A stretch of DNA of 64,000 bases from an uncultured Clostridia bacterium (GTDB lineage Bacteria; Bacillota; Clostridia; Christensenellales; Borkfalkiaceae): contig CANRKX010000001.1 of NCBI GenBank assembly GCA_947631325.1, positions 12,450 through 76,449 on the forward strand, in the 5' to 3' direction. Under the pieces are notes generated by a model. It saw only the letters and a list, made by a program, of their open reading frames with translations, had not been told where the DNA came from and did no database searches. A program made the translations under genes and the position numbers. Positions 44,371-54,395 of this stretch are shown one piece after another (the stretch's first letter is position 1; every line of letters begins with the position of its first letter).

Positions 44371-45690
44371 TCAATCACCCGCCTTAACGCCGACAAGCGA
44401 AATGCCGTTTGCCGACTCTATATTTACATTGACAAAATTGCCTTTTTCGTTCTTGTCGCTCTCAAAATACGCCATTCTGCCGTATTCGTCCCTGCCGAGA
44501 TACGTCTTTTTCTTCTCGTCGAAGTCCTCGCAAAGAATTTCAATCTTCTTCCCTACATACTGCTGCGATTGAGTGCGCGTCAAGCCGTTGACAAGCTCGA
44601 CAAGCTCCATAATTCTGCGCTTTGAGACCTCTTCGGGAATTTGATTTGGCATATTCGCGGCAACTGTGCCCTCGCGCTTAGAGTAGACGAAGGTAAACGC
44701 CGACGAAAATCCCACTTCCTTAACAAGGGCTTTCGTCTCTTCGAAGTCCTCCTCCGTCTCACCGGGGAAACCGACGATTAAATCGGTAGTAACCGCGCAA
44801 TTCGGAACATATTTTTTTAAGATTTCAATCTTTTTCAGATAGTCCGAAGACGTGTATTTTCTGTTCATCGCCTTTAAAATTCTGTCCGAACCGCTCTGCA
44901 CGGGCAAATGCACCGAATGGCAGATTTTACTGTTCGATGCAATCGCTTGGGCGATTTCTTCGGAAAAATCTTTGGGGTGACTCGTCATAAATCTCAGTCT
45001 GAACTTTCCCTCAATCGAAGCAACGGCTTTTAAAAGTTGTGAAAAGGACATATCCTCATTGCCGATATTGTAGGAATTGACGTTCTGACCCAATAGAGTT
45101 ATCTCTTTATAGCCCTCTTTGATAAGCGAGCGCGCCTCATTCAAAATATTCTCGGAATTGCGGCTCCTCTCCCGCCCGCGAACATAGGGCACAATGCAAT
45201 AACTGCAAAAATTGTTACAGCCGTAAGTTATGTTTATCCACGCGTTGGGATAGCTTGTGCGATAGGGTTTTTCATCCTCGCAAATCTCCCCCTCGCTCGG
45301 CATAATTTCAATAACAGCCTTTTTCTGATGCTGTTTTTTGACAATGTAATCTTTGAGTTTATTCAAATTGTGTGTGCCGAAAATGATATCGACATAGGGA
45401 AATTTTTTATGCAGACTGTCGGCTTTGCCAATCTGTTGGGGCAGACAGCCGCCAACCGCTATAATCATATCCCTGTTTTTCGCCTTTAATTTTTTAAGCA
45501 TGCCGATATTGCCGTATGCGTGATTTTCGGCGTTTTCGCGTATACAGCATGTGTTAAACACGACGATATCGGCTTTTGAAAAGTCGTCGCAAGAAGTATA
45601 GCCGAGCTCTTCAAGCACACCCGCTATCTTCTCCGATTCGTGCACGTTCATTTGGCAGCCGTATGTAGTTATATGGTAAAATTTACTCAT
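44371..45690 (-). CDS. miaB: tRNA (N6-isopentenyl-A37) methylthiotransferase
   Basis: UPF0004 N-terminal domain (TYGCQMN), radical-SAM CNNFCSYC and a TRAM C-terminus. Confidence 0.92.
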   Translation of the reverse strand: MSKFYHITTYGCQMNVHESEKIAGVLEELGYTSCDDFSKADIVVFNTCCIRENAENHAYGNIGMLKKLKAKNRDMIIAVGGCLPQQIGKADSLHKKFPYVDIIFGTHNLNKLKDYIVKKQHQKKAVIEIMPSEGEICEDEKPYRTSYPNAWINITYGCNNFCSYCIVPYVRGRERSRNSENILNEARSLIKEGYKEITLLGQNVNSYNIGNEDMSFSQLLKAVASIEGKFRLRFMTSHPKDFSEEIAQAIASNSKICHSVHLPVQSGSDRILKAMNRKYTSSDYLKKIEILKKYVPNCAVTTDLIVGFPGETEEDFEETKALVKEVGFSSAFTFVYSKREGTVAANMPNQIPEEVSKRRIMELVELVNGLTRTQSQQYVGKKIEILCEDFDEKKKTYLGRDEYGRMAYFESDKNEKGNFVNVNIESANGISLVGVKAGD

Positions 45691-45798
45691 TTTCGGCAGT
45701 TAAAATCCAATCAAAATTATTCCTAGTACGATTATACAATTTTTTAAGCTTTTTTTCAAATATTTTGCAACAAATATTTAATTTTAAAAATACTGTTT

Positions 45799-48024
45799 AT
45801 GATGGGAAAATTCTTAAAAATTACGGGCATAGTCTTATTGAGCCTTATCGTAATTGCTTCCGCGCTCTTTTTCACTTATCTCGCGCTGACGAAGGACGCC
45901 AAACTCGACGAATCAAAGCTTAAACAAAATCATACGGAAATCACATTATTCGACGACGACGGCAATGAAATTGCGGGGGCTTCCGTCGGCGAAAATAGAG
46001 CCTCAATCAAGCTCGATGAACTCAATAAAAATACGATAAACGCCTTTATCGCGTCCGAGGACAGAACGTTTTACAGCCATAAAGGTCTGAATTTCAAGAG
46101 GATGGTCAAGGCGCTGTTCCGCAACATTGCGTCGGGTTCCTTTAAAGAGGGCGCCTCCACCATTAGCCAACAGCTCATCAAAAACACTCACCTCACGGGC
46201 GATAAGACCATTTCGAGAAAGCTAAACGAAATAAGGCTTACGGGGCAGCTTGAAAAGAGATACTCTAAAAACCAAATTCTTGAAATGTATCTTAACACTA
46301 TCTACTTCGGGCACAACTGTTACGGGCTTGAAAGCGCGGCGAAATTCTACTTCGGAAAGAGCGCGAACGAGCTCAATCTTGAAGAGAGCGCAACGCTTGC
46401 GGGGCTTTTGTCGTCGCCCAACAATTACTCCCCTTTCAAGAATGAAGAAAAGTGCAAATCGCGCAGAAATCTCGTGTTGAAGGGCATGAAAGACTGCAAA
46501 TTTATCGGCGAAAATGAGTATCAAAACGCAATAAATACGCCCATAAACGCAAAAAAATCAATAAATTTTGCAGATTATGCCGATTATAAGGACGCAATTT
46601 TCGATGAACTGAGCGGGCTCGACCTCGACTTTTACGGCTTGACGGACGGGTGCAAAATATACACTTATTTGCAACCCAACATTCAAAATCAAATTGAAAA
46701 TCAGCAATATCCCTGCGATAATGCGGTAATTGTGACAAATGCGGACGGCGGCGTTTCGGCTTATAAAAGCACAATAGAAAACGCAAAACGCCAACCGGGG
46801 TCAACCATAAAGCCGCTGTGCGCATATGCGCCCGCAATCGAAGAAAGATTGATTAGTCCCTTCACCAAAATCCTCGATGAAAAGATTGAATTCGGCGACT
46901 ATTCGCCCGAAAATGCAGATAAAAAATACCACGGATATGTGACTGTGACCGAAAGTATTAAAAGAAGCTATAACATTCCCGCCGTCAAAACGTTGAACTC
47001 GCTGACTATTGACAACGCCGAAAAATATTTAAATAAAATGGGGATTGAACTTGAAGACGACGAAAAAAATTTGTCGCTCGCCCTCGGCGGAATGAAGTAC
47101 GGGTTGACAGTCAAACAGCTTGCGGACGCCTACTCCTCATTCAGACAAGACGGAATTTTTCAACCGACGACTTTTATTAAAAAAATTTATGACAGGCAGG
47201 GCAAAACGATTTATGAGAACAGCCCCGCAAAGGTTAAAGCCTTTTCAGAAGGCACGTGCTCGCTAATGAACGATATGCTGATTGAGACGGCTGAGAGCGG
47301 AACGGCAAAAAAACTGAAAAATTTTGATTTCGACGTCGCCGCAAAGACGGGAACGTGCGGAAACGACGAGGGCAATACCGACGCCTACGCCGTTTTATAT
47401 ACCTCACAAAATACTATTGCGATATGGCTTGGCGACAAAAACAATGCAAGGTCGCAAATTACAGGCGGAAATGAATGCTGTGAAATTGCTAAAAATATTC
47501 TTGAAAATATGTACTCTCAATCAAAACCTCAAAAACTCGAGACGCAAAAGGGCACAAAGACGTTTGAGATAGACTTTGAAGAATACGATAAAGACAATAA
47601 AATTATAATTGCCGACTCCGCCTCTCCCAAACTCAATATGTATACCGTGAAAGCTCTGCCCGACAGCGCGCCGAAAGAAATTTCAACCAGATTTTCATAT
47701 CCCGAAATTTCAACGCCGCAAATAAGCGTCGCTCAAGACAAGGTAAAAATTCAATTATGTCAGACAAAGTACTATGCATATTTAATAAATCGAGTACAAA
47801 ATGGCAAAAAAGTCACTATTTATGACGGAAAATGGGTTGAAAACATTGAAGACGCCCCGGGGCTCGGAATATTCGGATATACCGTCACGCCTTACTATTC
47901 GGACGGAAAAACCACCTATTTAGGCAAGGAAATAACTTTACCTACCGTCAATATTTCAGAGAGCAATGCTCCTCCTCAGGAAATTTTGCCCGATATCGTC
48001 CAAAAGGATTGGCAGAATTTATAG
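45799..48024 (+). CDS. Class A penicillin-binding protein (glycosyltransferase + transpeptidase) with a C-terminal extra domain
   Basis: N-terminal TM helix, GT51 motifs (EDRTFYSHKG, GASTISQQL, RKLNE), transpeptidase STIKP and KTGT. Confidence 0.9.
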   Translation: MMGKFLKITGIVLLSLIVIASALFFTYLALTKDAKLDESKLKQNHTEITLFDDDGNEIAGASVGENRASIKLDELNKNTINAFIASEDRTFYSHKGLNFKRMVKALFRNIASGSFKEGASTISQQLIKNTHLTGDKTISRKLNEIRLTGQLEKRYSKNQILEMYLNTIYFGHNCYGLESAAKFYFGKSANELNLEESATLAGLLSSPNNYSPFKNEEKCKSRRNLVLKGMKDCKFIGENEYQNAINTPINAKKSINFADYADYKDAIFDELSGLDLDFYGLTDGCKIYTYLQPNIQNQIENQQYPCDNAVIVTNADGGVSAYKSTIENAKRQPGSTIKPLCAYAPAIEERLISPFTKILDEKIEFGDYSPENADKKYHGYVTVTESIKRSYNIPAVKTLNSLTIDNAEKYLNKMGIELEDDEKNLSLALGGMKYGLTVKQLADAYSSFRQDGIFQPTTFIKKIYDRQGKTIYENSPAKVKAFSEGTCSLMNDMLIETAESGTAKKLKNFDFDVAAKTGTCGNDEGNTDAYAVLYTSQNTIAIWLGDKNNARSQITGGNECCEIAKNILENMYSQSKPQKLETQKGTKTFEIDFEEYDKDNKIIIADSASPKLNMYTVKALPDSAPKEISTRFSYPEISTPQISVAQDKVKIQLCQTKYYAYLINRVQNGKKVTIYDGKWVENIEDAPGLGIFGYTVTPYYSDGKTTYLGKEITLPTVNISESNAPPQEILPDIVQKDWQNL

Positions 48025-48029
48025 TAAAA

Positions 48030-48050
48030 AGCGCCGAAAATTTCGGCGCT
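48030..48050. terminator. Bidirectional hairpin between the PBP gene and thiI
   Basis: agcgccgaaa/tttcggcgct palindrome flanked by A-run and T-run sequence. Confidence 0.65.
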
Positions 48051-48055
48051 TAAAT

Positions 48056-49210
48056 TTATATTTTTAAAGTCTCTTCAGTTGAAAGCGCAAAATTCACCAA
48101 ACCCTCAACATCAAGCTTTTCTTCCTCTTTGAGAATTTCCTCAATATTGGGGTGAATTGCTGGATGTTTAGGCAAAAAGACGGTACAGCAGTCCTCATAG
48201 GGCTGAATTGAAATTTCAAATGCCCCCATCGCCCTGCTCCTCTCAATAATTTCATCCTTATCAAAGCCGCACAAAGGGCGCAAAACGGGCAAACTTTCAA
48301 TTACGCTGTTTGACGAAGTTATTCCCTCAATCGTCTGACTTGCTACCTGTCCGAGACTTTCGCCCGTAATAATGCACTGCGCGTCAACTTTTTTTGCGAT
48401 TTTTTCGGCAATTCTCATCATAAAACGCCTTAAAAGGGTCACCATAAACTCGCCGTTGCACTTTTTATGGATTTCTTCCTGTATCGCCGTGACCGAAATA
48501 ACGTGCAATTTCGTTCCGCAAGTGTATTGGGAAAGCACTTTTGCAAGCTCAATCACCTTATCCCGCGCCTGTAAGTTGGTATAAGGATAGCTATGAAAGT
48601 GTATGCACTCCACCGCCATGCCGCGTTTTGCAATCATATGCCCTGCAACGGGGCTGTCAATGCCGCCCGAAATAAGCAAAAGTCCTCTTCCGGAAGTGCC
48701 GACGGGCATGCCGCCCGCCCCCTTAACCGATTTATTGAAAACAAGCGTCGTGCCGTTCTCGCGGACGTCAATCGACAGTGTAAATTGCGGATTGTGCACG
48801 TCAACCTTAATATTTTTGAATTGAGACAGCAATCTTCCGCCTATTTCTGCGCTTATTTGCATGGAATTCAATGCAAAAGTCTTGTCCGCCCTGTGCGTTT
48901 CGACCTTGAACGTGCCTTCCGTCGAGCAAACGGACTTTGCGGCGGCGAAAATTTCGTCCATATCGCTTTTAACTTTCAAGCCGACGCTCAAAGAATGTAT
49001 GCCGAACACCTTTTTAAGGCTCTCAACAATGTCGTCCGTCTGGCTCTCGTCAAAATTTTCGATGAGATATCTTCCGCTGCTGCGGCGTATTTCATGCTTA
49101 ATTCCGCCGAGCGACTTTTCCATATTTACAAAAAGCGCGCGCTCGAAAAATCCCCTGTTGTTTCCCTTCAAATGAATTTCGGAATATCTTACAATTATAA
49201 CTTTTTCCAT
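48056..49210 (-). CDS. thiI: tRNA 4-thiouridine(8) synthase ThiI (no rhodanese domain)
   Basis: THUMP N-terminus, PP-loop LISGGIDSPVA, 384 aa. Confidence 0.92.
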   Translation of the reverse strand: MEKVIIVRYSEIHLKGNNRGFFERALFVNMEKSLGGIKHEIRRSSGRYLIENFDESQTDDIVESLKKVFGIHSLSVGLKVKSDMDEIFAAAKSVCSTEGTFKVETHRADKTFALNSMQISAEIGGRLLSQFKNIKVDVHNPQFTLSIDVRENGTTLVFNKSVKGAGGMPVGTSGRGLLLISGGIDSPVAGHMIAKRGMAVECIHFHSYPYTNLQARDKVIELAKVLSQYTCGTKLHVISVTAIQEEIHKKCNGEFMVTLLRRFMMRIAEKIAKKVDAQCIITGESLGQVASQTIEGITSSNSVIESLPVLRPLCGFDKDEIIERSRAMGAFEISIQPYEDCCTVFLPKHPAIHPNIEEILKEEEKLDVEGLVNFALSTEETLKI

Positions 49211-49212
49211 AA

Positions 49213-50340
49213 TTACGCCATTATCCGCTTTCTGTTTGCAACAATTTTATTTAAAATCTGCGCCGCCGCAACTATCTCTTCTTCGGTATTTTCGGGTGAT
49301 AGGCTTATCCTTAAAATGCCGTCGGCAAGATTTTCGCCCACACCGCAAGCTAAAATTACGCGCGAATACCTCTTTTTTTCATTTGATGCACACGCAGAAC
49401 CGGTACCAATGATAAGCCCCGCGTCGTTGGCTTCGTGCATAATCGTCTCGCCGCGCACTCCTTCCGCGCCCACAGTCAGAATATAAGGCGAGCAATTTTC
49501 AGAAGAAATTATCTTAAATAGCGACTTGTCAAGTCGTTGCTTCAAAACCTCGTGCAGTTTTGAAACCTTTTGATAGCAATCCTCGATTTTTTCATATCTC
49601 TTTAAAGCGGCAAATTCAAAATCTTTGATTCCCAAGACGTTTTCGGTGCCGCTGCGAAGCCCGTTTTCCTGCCCGCCGCCGAAAATGTAGGGCTTGATTA
49701 TGAGCTTTTTGCGCTTAATAAGCGCGCCCATACCCTTCAAACCGCCAATCTTATGTGCGCTTATAGAGTACAAATCAATATCGCCCGAAAGCTTGAAATT
49801 CAATTTTCCGAACGCCTGCACCCCGTCCGAATGAAAAATTGTGTATTGATTTTTAGCCTTTATTTTATGCGCAAGCTCAAAAATGTTGTTGATTGCGCCC
49901 GTCTCGTTGCTTACATGTATGACAGAGACAAGCGAAGTTTTATCGTCAACCAAACTCAAAAGGCTGTCCTCGTTGACGCTGCCGTCGGCGTTTAATTGGG
50001 CAAATCTAACCTCAACCCCCCTCTGCTTCAACTCGTTTACGGCGGCAAAGACTGCCGAATGTTCGCCGATAGTGGTCACGACGTTTCCCCTTCTCCCCGC
50101 TCCGAAAATCGCCTGATTGTCGGCTTCGGTTCCACAAGAAGTAAATATAAGGTCATAAGCCGAGCTATCCGCAATGAGCGAGAGAATATTTTTACGCGCT
50201 TCACGCAAGGCGAGCTGAACGGCATATCCTTCCGCATAGAGTGCGGAAGGATTGTAAAATTGGTCAAAAACGTATTTTTCGGCACGGCGTAAAGAGTCGC
50301 CGTCGGGCTTTGTCGTTGCCGCGTTATCGAGATAAATCAT
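49213..50340 (-). CDS. Class V aminotransferase-fold cysteine desulfurase (NifS/NifZ/IscS-like)
   Basis: PLP-lysine context SISAHKIGG and active-site loop GSACAS. It sits immediately upstream of thiI, like the B. subtilis nifZ-thiI pair. Confidence 0.88.
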   Translation of the reverse strand: MIYLDNAATTKPDGDSLRRAEKYVFDQFYNPSALYAEGYAVQLALREARKNILSLIADSSAYDLIFTSCGTEADNQAIFGAGRRGNVVTTIGEHSAVFAAVNELKQRGVEVRFAQLNADGSVNEDSLLSLVDDKTSLVSVIHVSNETGAINNIFELAHKIKAKNQYTIFHSDGVQAFGKLNFKLSGDIDLYSISAHKIGGLKGMGALIKRKKLIIKPYIFGGGQENGLRSGTENVLGIKDFEFAALKRYEKIEDCYQKVSKLHEVLKQRLDKSLFKIISSENCSPYILTVGAEGVRGETIMHEANDAGLIIGTGSACASNEKKRYSRVILACGVGENLADGILRISLSPENTEEEIVAAAQILNKIVANRKRIMA

Positions 50341-53300
50341 CAGATTTCGATAGTTCCTTCAAAGGATAATTTGACCGTACCGTCAAGTTCAACGTCGCCG
50401 TCGTTCATATACTTGACAAAGAGGTCACCGCCCTTGAGTTTTACGGTGATTATTGCGTCCTTCTTGCAATATCCGTTGACGACAGCCGCAACTCCCGCCG
50501 CAGCCGCCGCGGTTCCGCAAGAATAGGTTTCGCCGCTTACCTTATCCCAAACTCGCATTTTTAGGGTCAAATCGTTGACGACGCGCACAAATTCCACGAA
50601 AACGCCGTGAGGGAAATATCCCGATTCGATTATCGCCTGTCCAACGGCATCCAAATCCACGTCGTCCACCTTATCGCAGAAAATCACACAATGGGGATTT
50701 CCGACGTTGATGAGAGTGACGTTATAGGTCTTTCCGCCGAACTCCACGGGCTTCATTATAACTTCGCCATCGAATGTCGAGGGAAGCGCATGCGCGTCGA
50801 AAGAAGGCTTGCCGAGATTTACCGAAACAGAGCTTGCCTTTCCGTTAAACGAGGAGACGTCCAACATCTTCACTCCGCTGCAAGTTTCGATTGCTATATC
50901 TTTATCAGAATTGACAAGTCTGTTATCGAAGAGATATTTTGCAACGCACCTTAAAGGATTTGCCGCCATTCCCCCCTCGCTTCCGTCGCGGTTGAAAACT
51001 CTCATTTTGGCGTCTGCAATGCCCGATTTTTCAATCATAACAATTCCGTCGCCGCCTATTGCATAGTGCCTGTCGGAGAAGTTTATGGCAAGAGATTCGG
51101 GGCAGGTGATTGCGTCGTCCATGTTATTAAAGAAAATATAGTCGTTGCCGCAGCTATGCATTTTGCAGAACTTCAAGCGCAGCTTTTCTGTCCTTAAATT
51201 GTTGATATCGACAAGTTCGGTATTGAATTGATTGTATCTTCCAGCAATGACGTCGGCAAGCGCGTTGGTCGTGTCAAGCGAAGTAAGCACGGTAATTCCA
51301 AGCAAAATCGCATGGTGATGAAGGCTTATGTAGTTGGTTATCGACTCGATATCGGTCTTACCCGTGTATACAACATAGTCAATCTTGCCCTCGTCCATAA
51401 GTTTAAATATTTCGTCGTTGGTGGAAAGGCGGGCGACTTCCGTACATTCAAGCCCCACGCTCCTTATGACGTTTGCCGTGCCCTTCGTCGCATACAGCGT
51501 CAAGCCGAGGTCGGCAAATTTTTTGACGATATTGACAATTTCGAATTTGTCCTGATCGTTTATGGTGAAGTAAATTCCCGAAGGGTGCTGTTTTGTGGGG
51601 TGCTTCATATTGAATCCCGCCGAAACAAGCCCCTTGAAAAGCGCCTCCTCTATCGTCTTGCCTATTCCCAAAACTTCGCCCGTCGACTTCATCTCAGGAC
51701 CGAGCTGTGAGTTGACGTCGTTAAGTTTTTCGAATGAGAATACGGGAACTTTTACGGCGACATAGGGCGAATTTGGATAAAGCCCCGTGCCGTAACCCAA
51801 CTTTTTGAGCTTTGCGCCCATCAGAATTTTTGTGGCGAGGTCAACCATGGGAACGCCCGTAACTTTTGAAATATAAGGTATCGTGCGCGACGCACGGGGA
51901 TTGACTTCTATAACATATAATTCATTCTGATAGATAAGATACTGTATGTTGATAAGCCCCTTGGTTTTAAGCGATATCGCGAGTTTTATGGATATATCCA
52001 CCACTTTTTTTAACATTGCGTCGCTTAAATTATAGGGTGGATATACGGCGATTGAGTCGCCGCTGTGAACGCCCGCGCGCTCTATGTGCTGCATAATTCC
52101 GGGGATAAGTACGTCAACGCCGTCGGAAATTGCATCGACTTCAAGCTCTGTTCCCATCAGATATTTATCGCAGAGAACGGGGTTTTCAATCTTCTGCGCA
52201 AGAATGACGTCCATATATCTTTCAATGTCGTTCTGCGTGAAGGCAATCGTCATATTCTGACCGCCGATGACGTACGACGGGCGCAACAGCACGGGATAGC
52301 CCAATGTCTCCGCAGCCTTAACCGCCTCTTGTTTGCTCATGACCGTCAAACCCTTGGGGCGGGCAATTTCAAACTGCTCCAAGAGCTCGTCAAACCTCTC
52401 CCTGTCCTCGGCAAGGTCAACGCTGTCCGCGGGAGTGCCGAGTATGCGAACGCCCTTTTTATCGAGATATCCGCAGAGCTTAATCGCCGTCTGACCGCCG
52501 AATGTTATGACAACGCCGTAAGGCTTTTCAATATCAATTACGTTTTGAACGTCCTCGGGCGTGAGGGCTTCGAAGTAAAGCCTGTCCGCCGTGTCGAAGT
52601 CGGTGGATACGGTTTCGGGGTTATTATTTATGATGATAACTTCATAGCCCAGCCGCTTCAACGCCCAAACGCAGTGAACCGAAGAATAGTCGAACTCTAT
52701 GCCCTGACCTATCCTTATGGGACCCGAACCTATAACGATAATTCTCTTTTTTGTGCTCCTCGAAACAAAGGGTTTAGCTTCGTCGTGATCCTTTTCATCG
52801 TATGTCGAGTAGAAATAGGGCGTCTGTGCCGCAAATTCCGCGCCGCAGGTATCGACCATTTTGAATACGGCGTCCCTGTGCATGGGCAGCTTATTGTCCG
52901 AAAGTTTTTCAAGTTCTTTATCGGGATAGCCCATCTTCTTGCCGCGCAGATACTGCGCACGGGTAATGGGTTTGCCTGCGATTTCGGCTTCATAATCGGC
53001 AAGATTTTTGAGTTTATTCAGGAACCATTCGTCGATTTTGGTTATTTTGTATATTTCGTCGATAGAAACGCCGCGCTTTATCGCCTGATAGACGACAAAC
53101 AGCCTTTCGTCCGTCAATTCGTGGAGTTTTTCGTATATTTCCTCGTCCGAGAGCTCGGCAATCTTGGGCATATTGAGTGTGCCGACGGATATTTCGGCGC
53201 CGCGGACAGCCTTCATTATCGCCATTTCGAAGTTGGTGCCGATTGCCATAACTTCGCCCGTCGCCTTCATCCTCGTGCCGAGCGTGCGCTTTGCGTATAG

Positions 53301-54395
53301 GAATTTATCGAAGGGCCACTTGGGGAGTTTGACGACAACATAGTCGAGAGTCGGCTCAAAGCAGGCGTAAGTTTTGCCCGTGACGTCGTTTTTTATCTCG
53401 TCGAGGGTGTAGCCGAGGGCAATCTTTGTCGCAACCTTTGCAATGGGATAGCCCGTCGCCTTTGAAGCGAGCGCCGAAGAGCGCGAAACTCTCGGGTTAA
53501 CTTCGATAACAGAATATTCAAAAGAATCGGGATTCAAAGCAAACTGGCAGTTACAACCGCCCTCGATTTTGAGCTCGCTTATAATATTGAGCGAAGCCGT
53601 CCTCAACATCTGATACTCTTTGTCCGAAAGGGTTACGGCGGGGGCAATGACTATCGAGTCGCCCGTATGTATGCCGACGGGGTCGAAGTTTTCCATAGAG
53701 CAGACGGTCAAAACGTTGCCCGCGCTATCCCTCAAAACTTCAAACTCAATCTCCTTCCATCCGCCGATATACTTTTCTATGAGCACCTGCGTTATGGGCG
53801 AGAGCATTAACCCGTTATGGGAAATGAGCCGCAACTCCTCCTCGTCCTTTGCAACGCCGCCGCCCGCGCCGCCGAGGGTGTATGCGGGGCGAACGATAAC
53901 TGGATAGCCGATTCTTTCCGCAATCTTCACGCACTCATCGACAGAATATGCGATATCCGAGGGAACGACGGGCTGATTAATCTTCTGCATCGTCTCCTTG
54001 AAGAGTTCCCTATCCTCCGCCCTGTCGATTGACTCGAGGTTTACGCCGATAAGTTTTACGCCGTACGCGTCGAGGAAGCCCGACTTTGCAAGCTGGCAGC
54101 CGAGGGTAAGCCCCGTCTGACCGCCGAGCGACGCCAAAAGGCTATCCGGTCTTTCCTTTATTATAATTCTCTTCAACGTGTCTACCGTGAGGGGTTCGAG
54201 ATAGATTTCATCCGCAAGAGCCCTGTCGGTCATAATTGTCGCGGGGTTAGAGTTGCATAAGACGACGTTTATGCCCGCGTCTTTCAAAACTCGGCAAGCC
54301 TGCGCGCCCGCATAGTCGAACTCGGCAGCCTGACCTATAACTATTGGACCCGAACCTATGACGAGTACCTTTTTAATATCTTCTCTTTTAGGCAT
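50340..54395 (-). CDS. carB: Carbamoyl-phosphate synthase large subunit fused to a C-terminal DapF-like (diaminopimelate epimerase fold) domain
   Basis: 1351-aa continuous ORF. The first ~1070 aa form a complete CarB (two ATP-grasp halves plus an MGS-like tail). The last ~280 aa carry DapF landmarks. Confidence 0.9.
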   Translation of the reverse strand: MPKREDIKKVLVIGSGPIVIGQAAEFDYAGAQACRVLKDAGINVVLCNSNPATIMTDRALADEIYLEPLTVDTLKRIIIKERPDSLLASLGGQTGLTLGCQLAKSGFLDAYGVKLIGVNLESIDRAEDRELFKETMQKINQPVVPSDIAYSVDECVKIAERIGYPVIVRPAYTLGGAGGGVAKDEEELRLISHNGLMLSPITQVLIEKYIGGWKEIEFEVLRDSAGNVLTVCSMENFDPVGIHTGDSIVIAPAVTLSDKEYQMLRTASLNIISELKIEGGCNCQFALNPDSFEYSVIEVNPRVSRSSALASKATGYPIAKVATKIALGYTLDEIKNDVTGKTYACFEPTLDYVVVKLPKWPFDKFLYAKRTLGTRMKATGEVMAIGTNFEMAIMKAVRGAEISVGTLNMPKIAELSDEEIYEKLHELTDERLFVVYQAIKRGVSIDEIYKITKIDEWFLNKLKNLADYEAEIAGKPITRAQYLRGKKMGYPDKELEKLSDNKLPMHRDAVFKMVDTCGAEFAAQTPYFYSTYDEKDHDEAKPFVSRSTKKRIIVIGSGPIRIGQGIEFDYSSVHCVWALKRLGYEVIIINNNPETVSTDFDTADRLYFEALTPEDVQNVIDIEKPYGVVITFGGQTAIKLCGYLDKKGVRILGTPADSVDLAEDRERFDELLEQFEIARPKGLTVMSKQEAVKAAETLGYPVLLRPSYVIGGQNMTIAFTQNDIERYMDVILAQKIENPVLCDKYLMGTELEVDAISDGVDVLIPGIMQHIERAGVHSGDSIAVYPPYNLSDAMLKKVVDISIKLAISLKTKGLINIQYLIYQNELYVIEVNPRASRTIPYISKVTGVPMVDLATKILMGAKLKKLGYGTGLYPNSPYVAVKVPVFSFEKLNDVNSQLGPEMKSTGEVLGIGKTIEEALFKGLVSAGFNMKHPTKQHPSGIYFTINDQDKFEIVNIVKKFADLGLTLYATKGTANVIRSVGLECTEVARLSTNDEIFKLMDEGKIDYVVYTGKTDIESITNYISLHHHAILLGITVLTSLDTTNALADVIAGRYNQFNTELVDINNLRTEKLRLKFCKMHSCGNDYIFFNNMDDAITCPESLAINFSDRHYAIGGDGIVMIEKSGIADAKMRVFNRDGSEGGMAANPLRCVAKYLFDNRLVNSDKDIAIETCSGVKMLDVSSFNGKASSVSVNLGKPSFDAHALPSTFDGEVIMKPVEFGGKTYNVTLINVGNPHCVIFCDKVDDVDLDAVGQAIIESGYFPHGVFVEFVRVVNDLTLKMRVWDKVSGETYSCGTAAAAAGVAAVVNGYCKKDAIITVKLKGGDLFVKYMNDGDVELDGTVKLSFEGTIEI
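50343..51188 (-). other. DapF-like domain of the CarB fusion (domain annotation)
   Basis: KMHSCGNDY, GNPHCVIF and GETYSCGT are present. The CGNG segment of canonical DapF reads AANP here (FNRDGSEGGMAANPLRC). Confidence 0.8.

Noticed and set aside
45765-45801. Idea that the PBP mRNA is leaderless (no Shine-Dalgarno before ATG 45799, A/T-rich -10-like sequence just upstream)
   Set aside because: I could not find a -35/-10 pair with acceptable spacing: TTGCAA at 45765-45770 is only 14-15 nt from the TAAAAA/AAAAAT candidates. The idea is left unresolved rather than claimed.
48593-49486. 297-aa plus-strand ORF
   Set aside because: It is antisense to thiI and the cysteine desulfurase and crosses their junction. 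It is a shadow ORF.
52065-53300. 411-aa plus-strand ORF
   Set aside because: It lies entirely antisense within carB, has no RBS and is low-complexity and Arg/Phe-rich. It is a typical shadow ORF of a well-supported gene.
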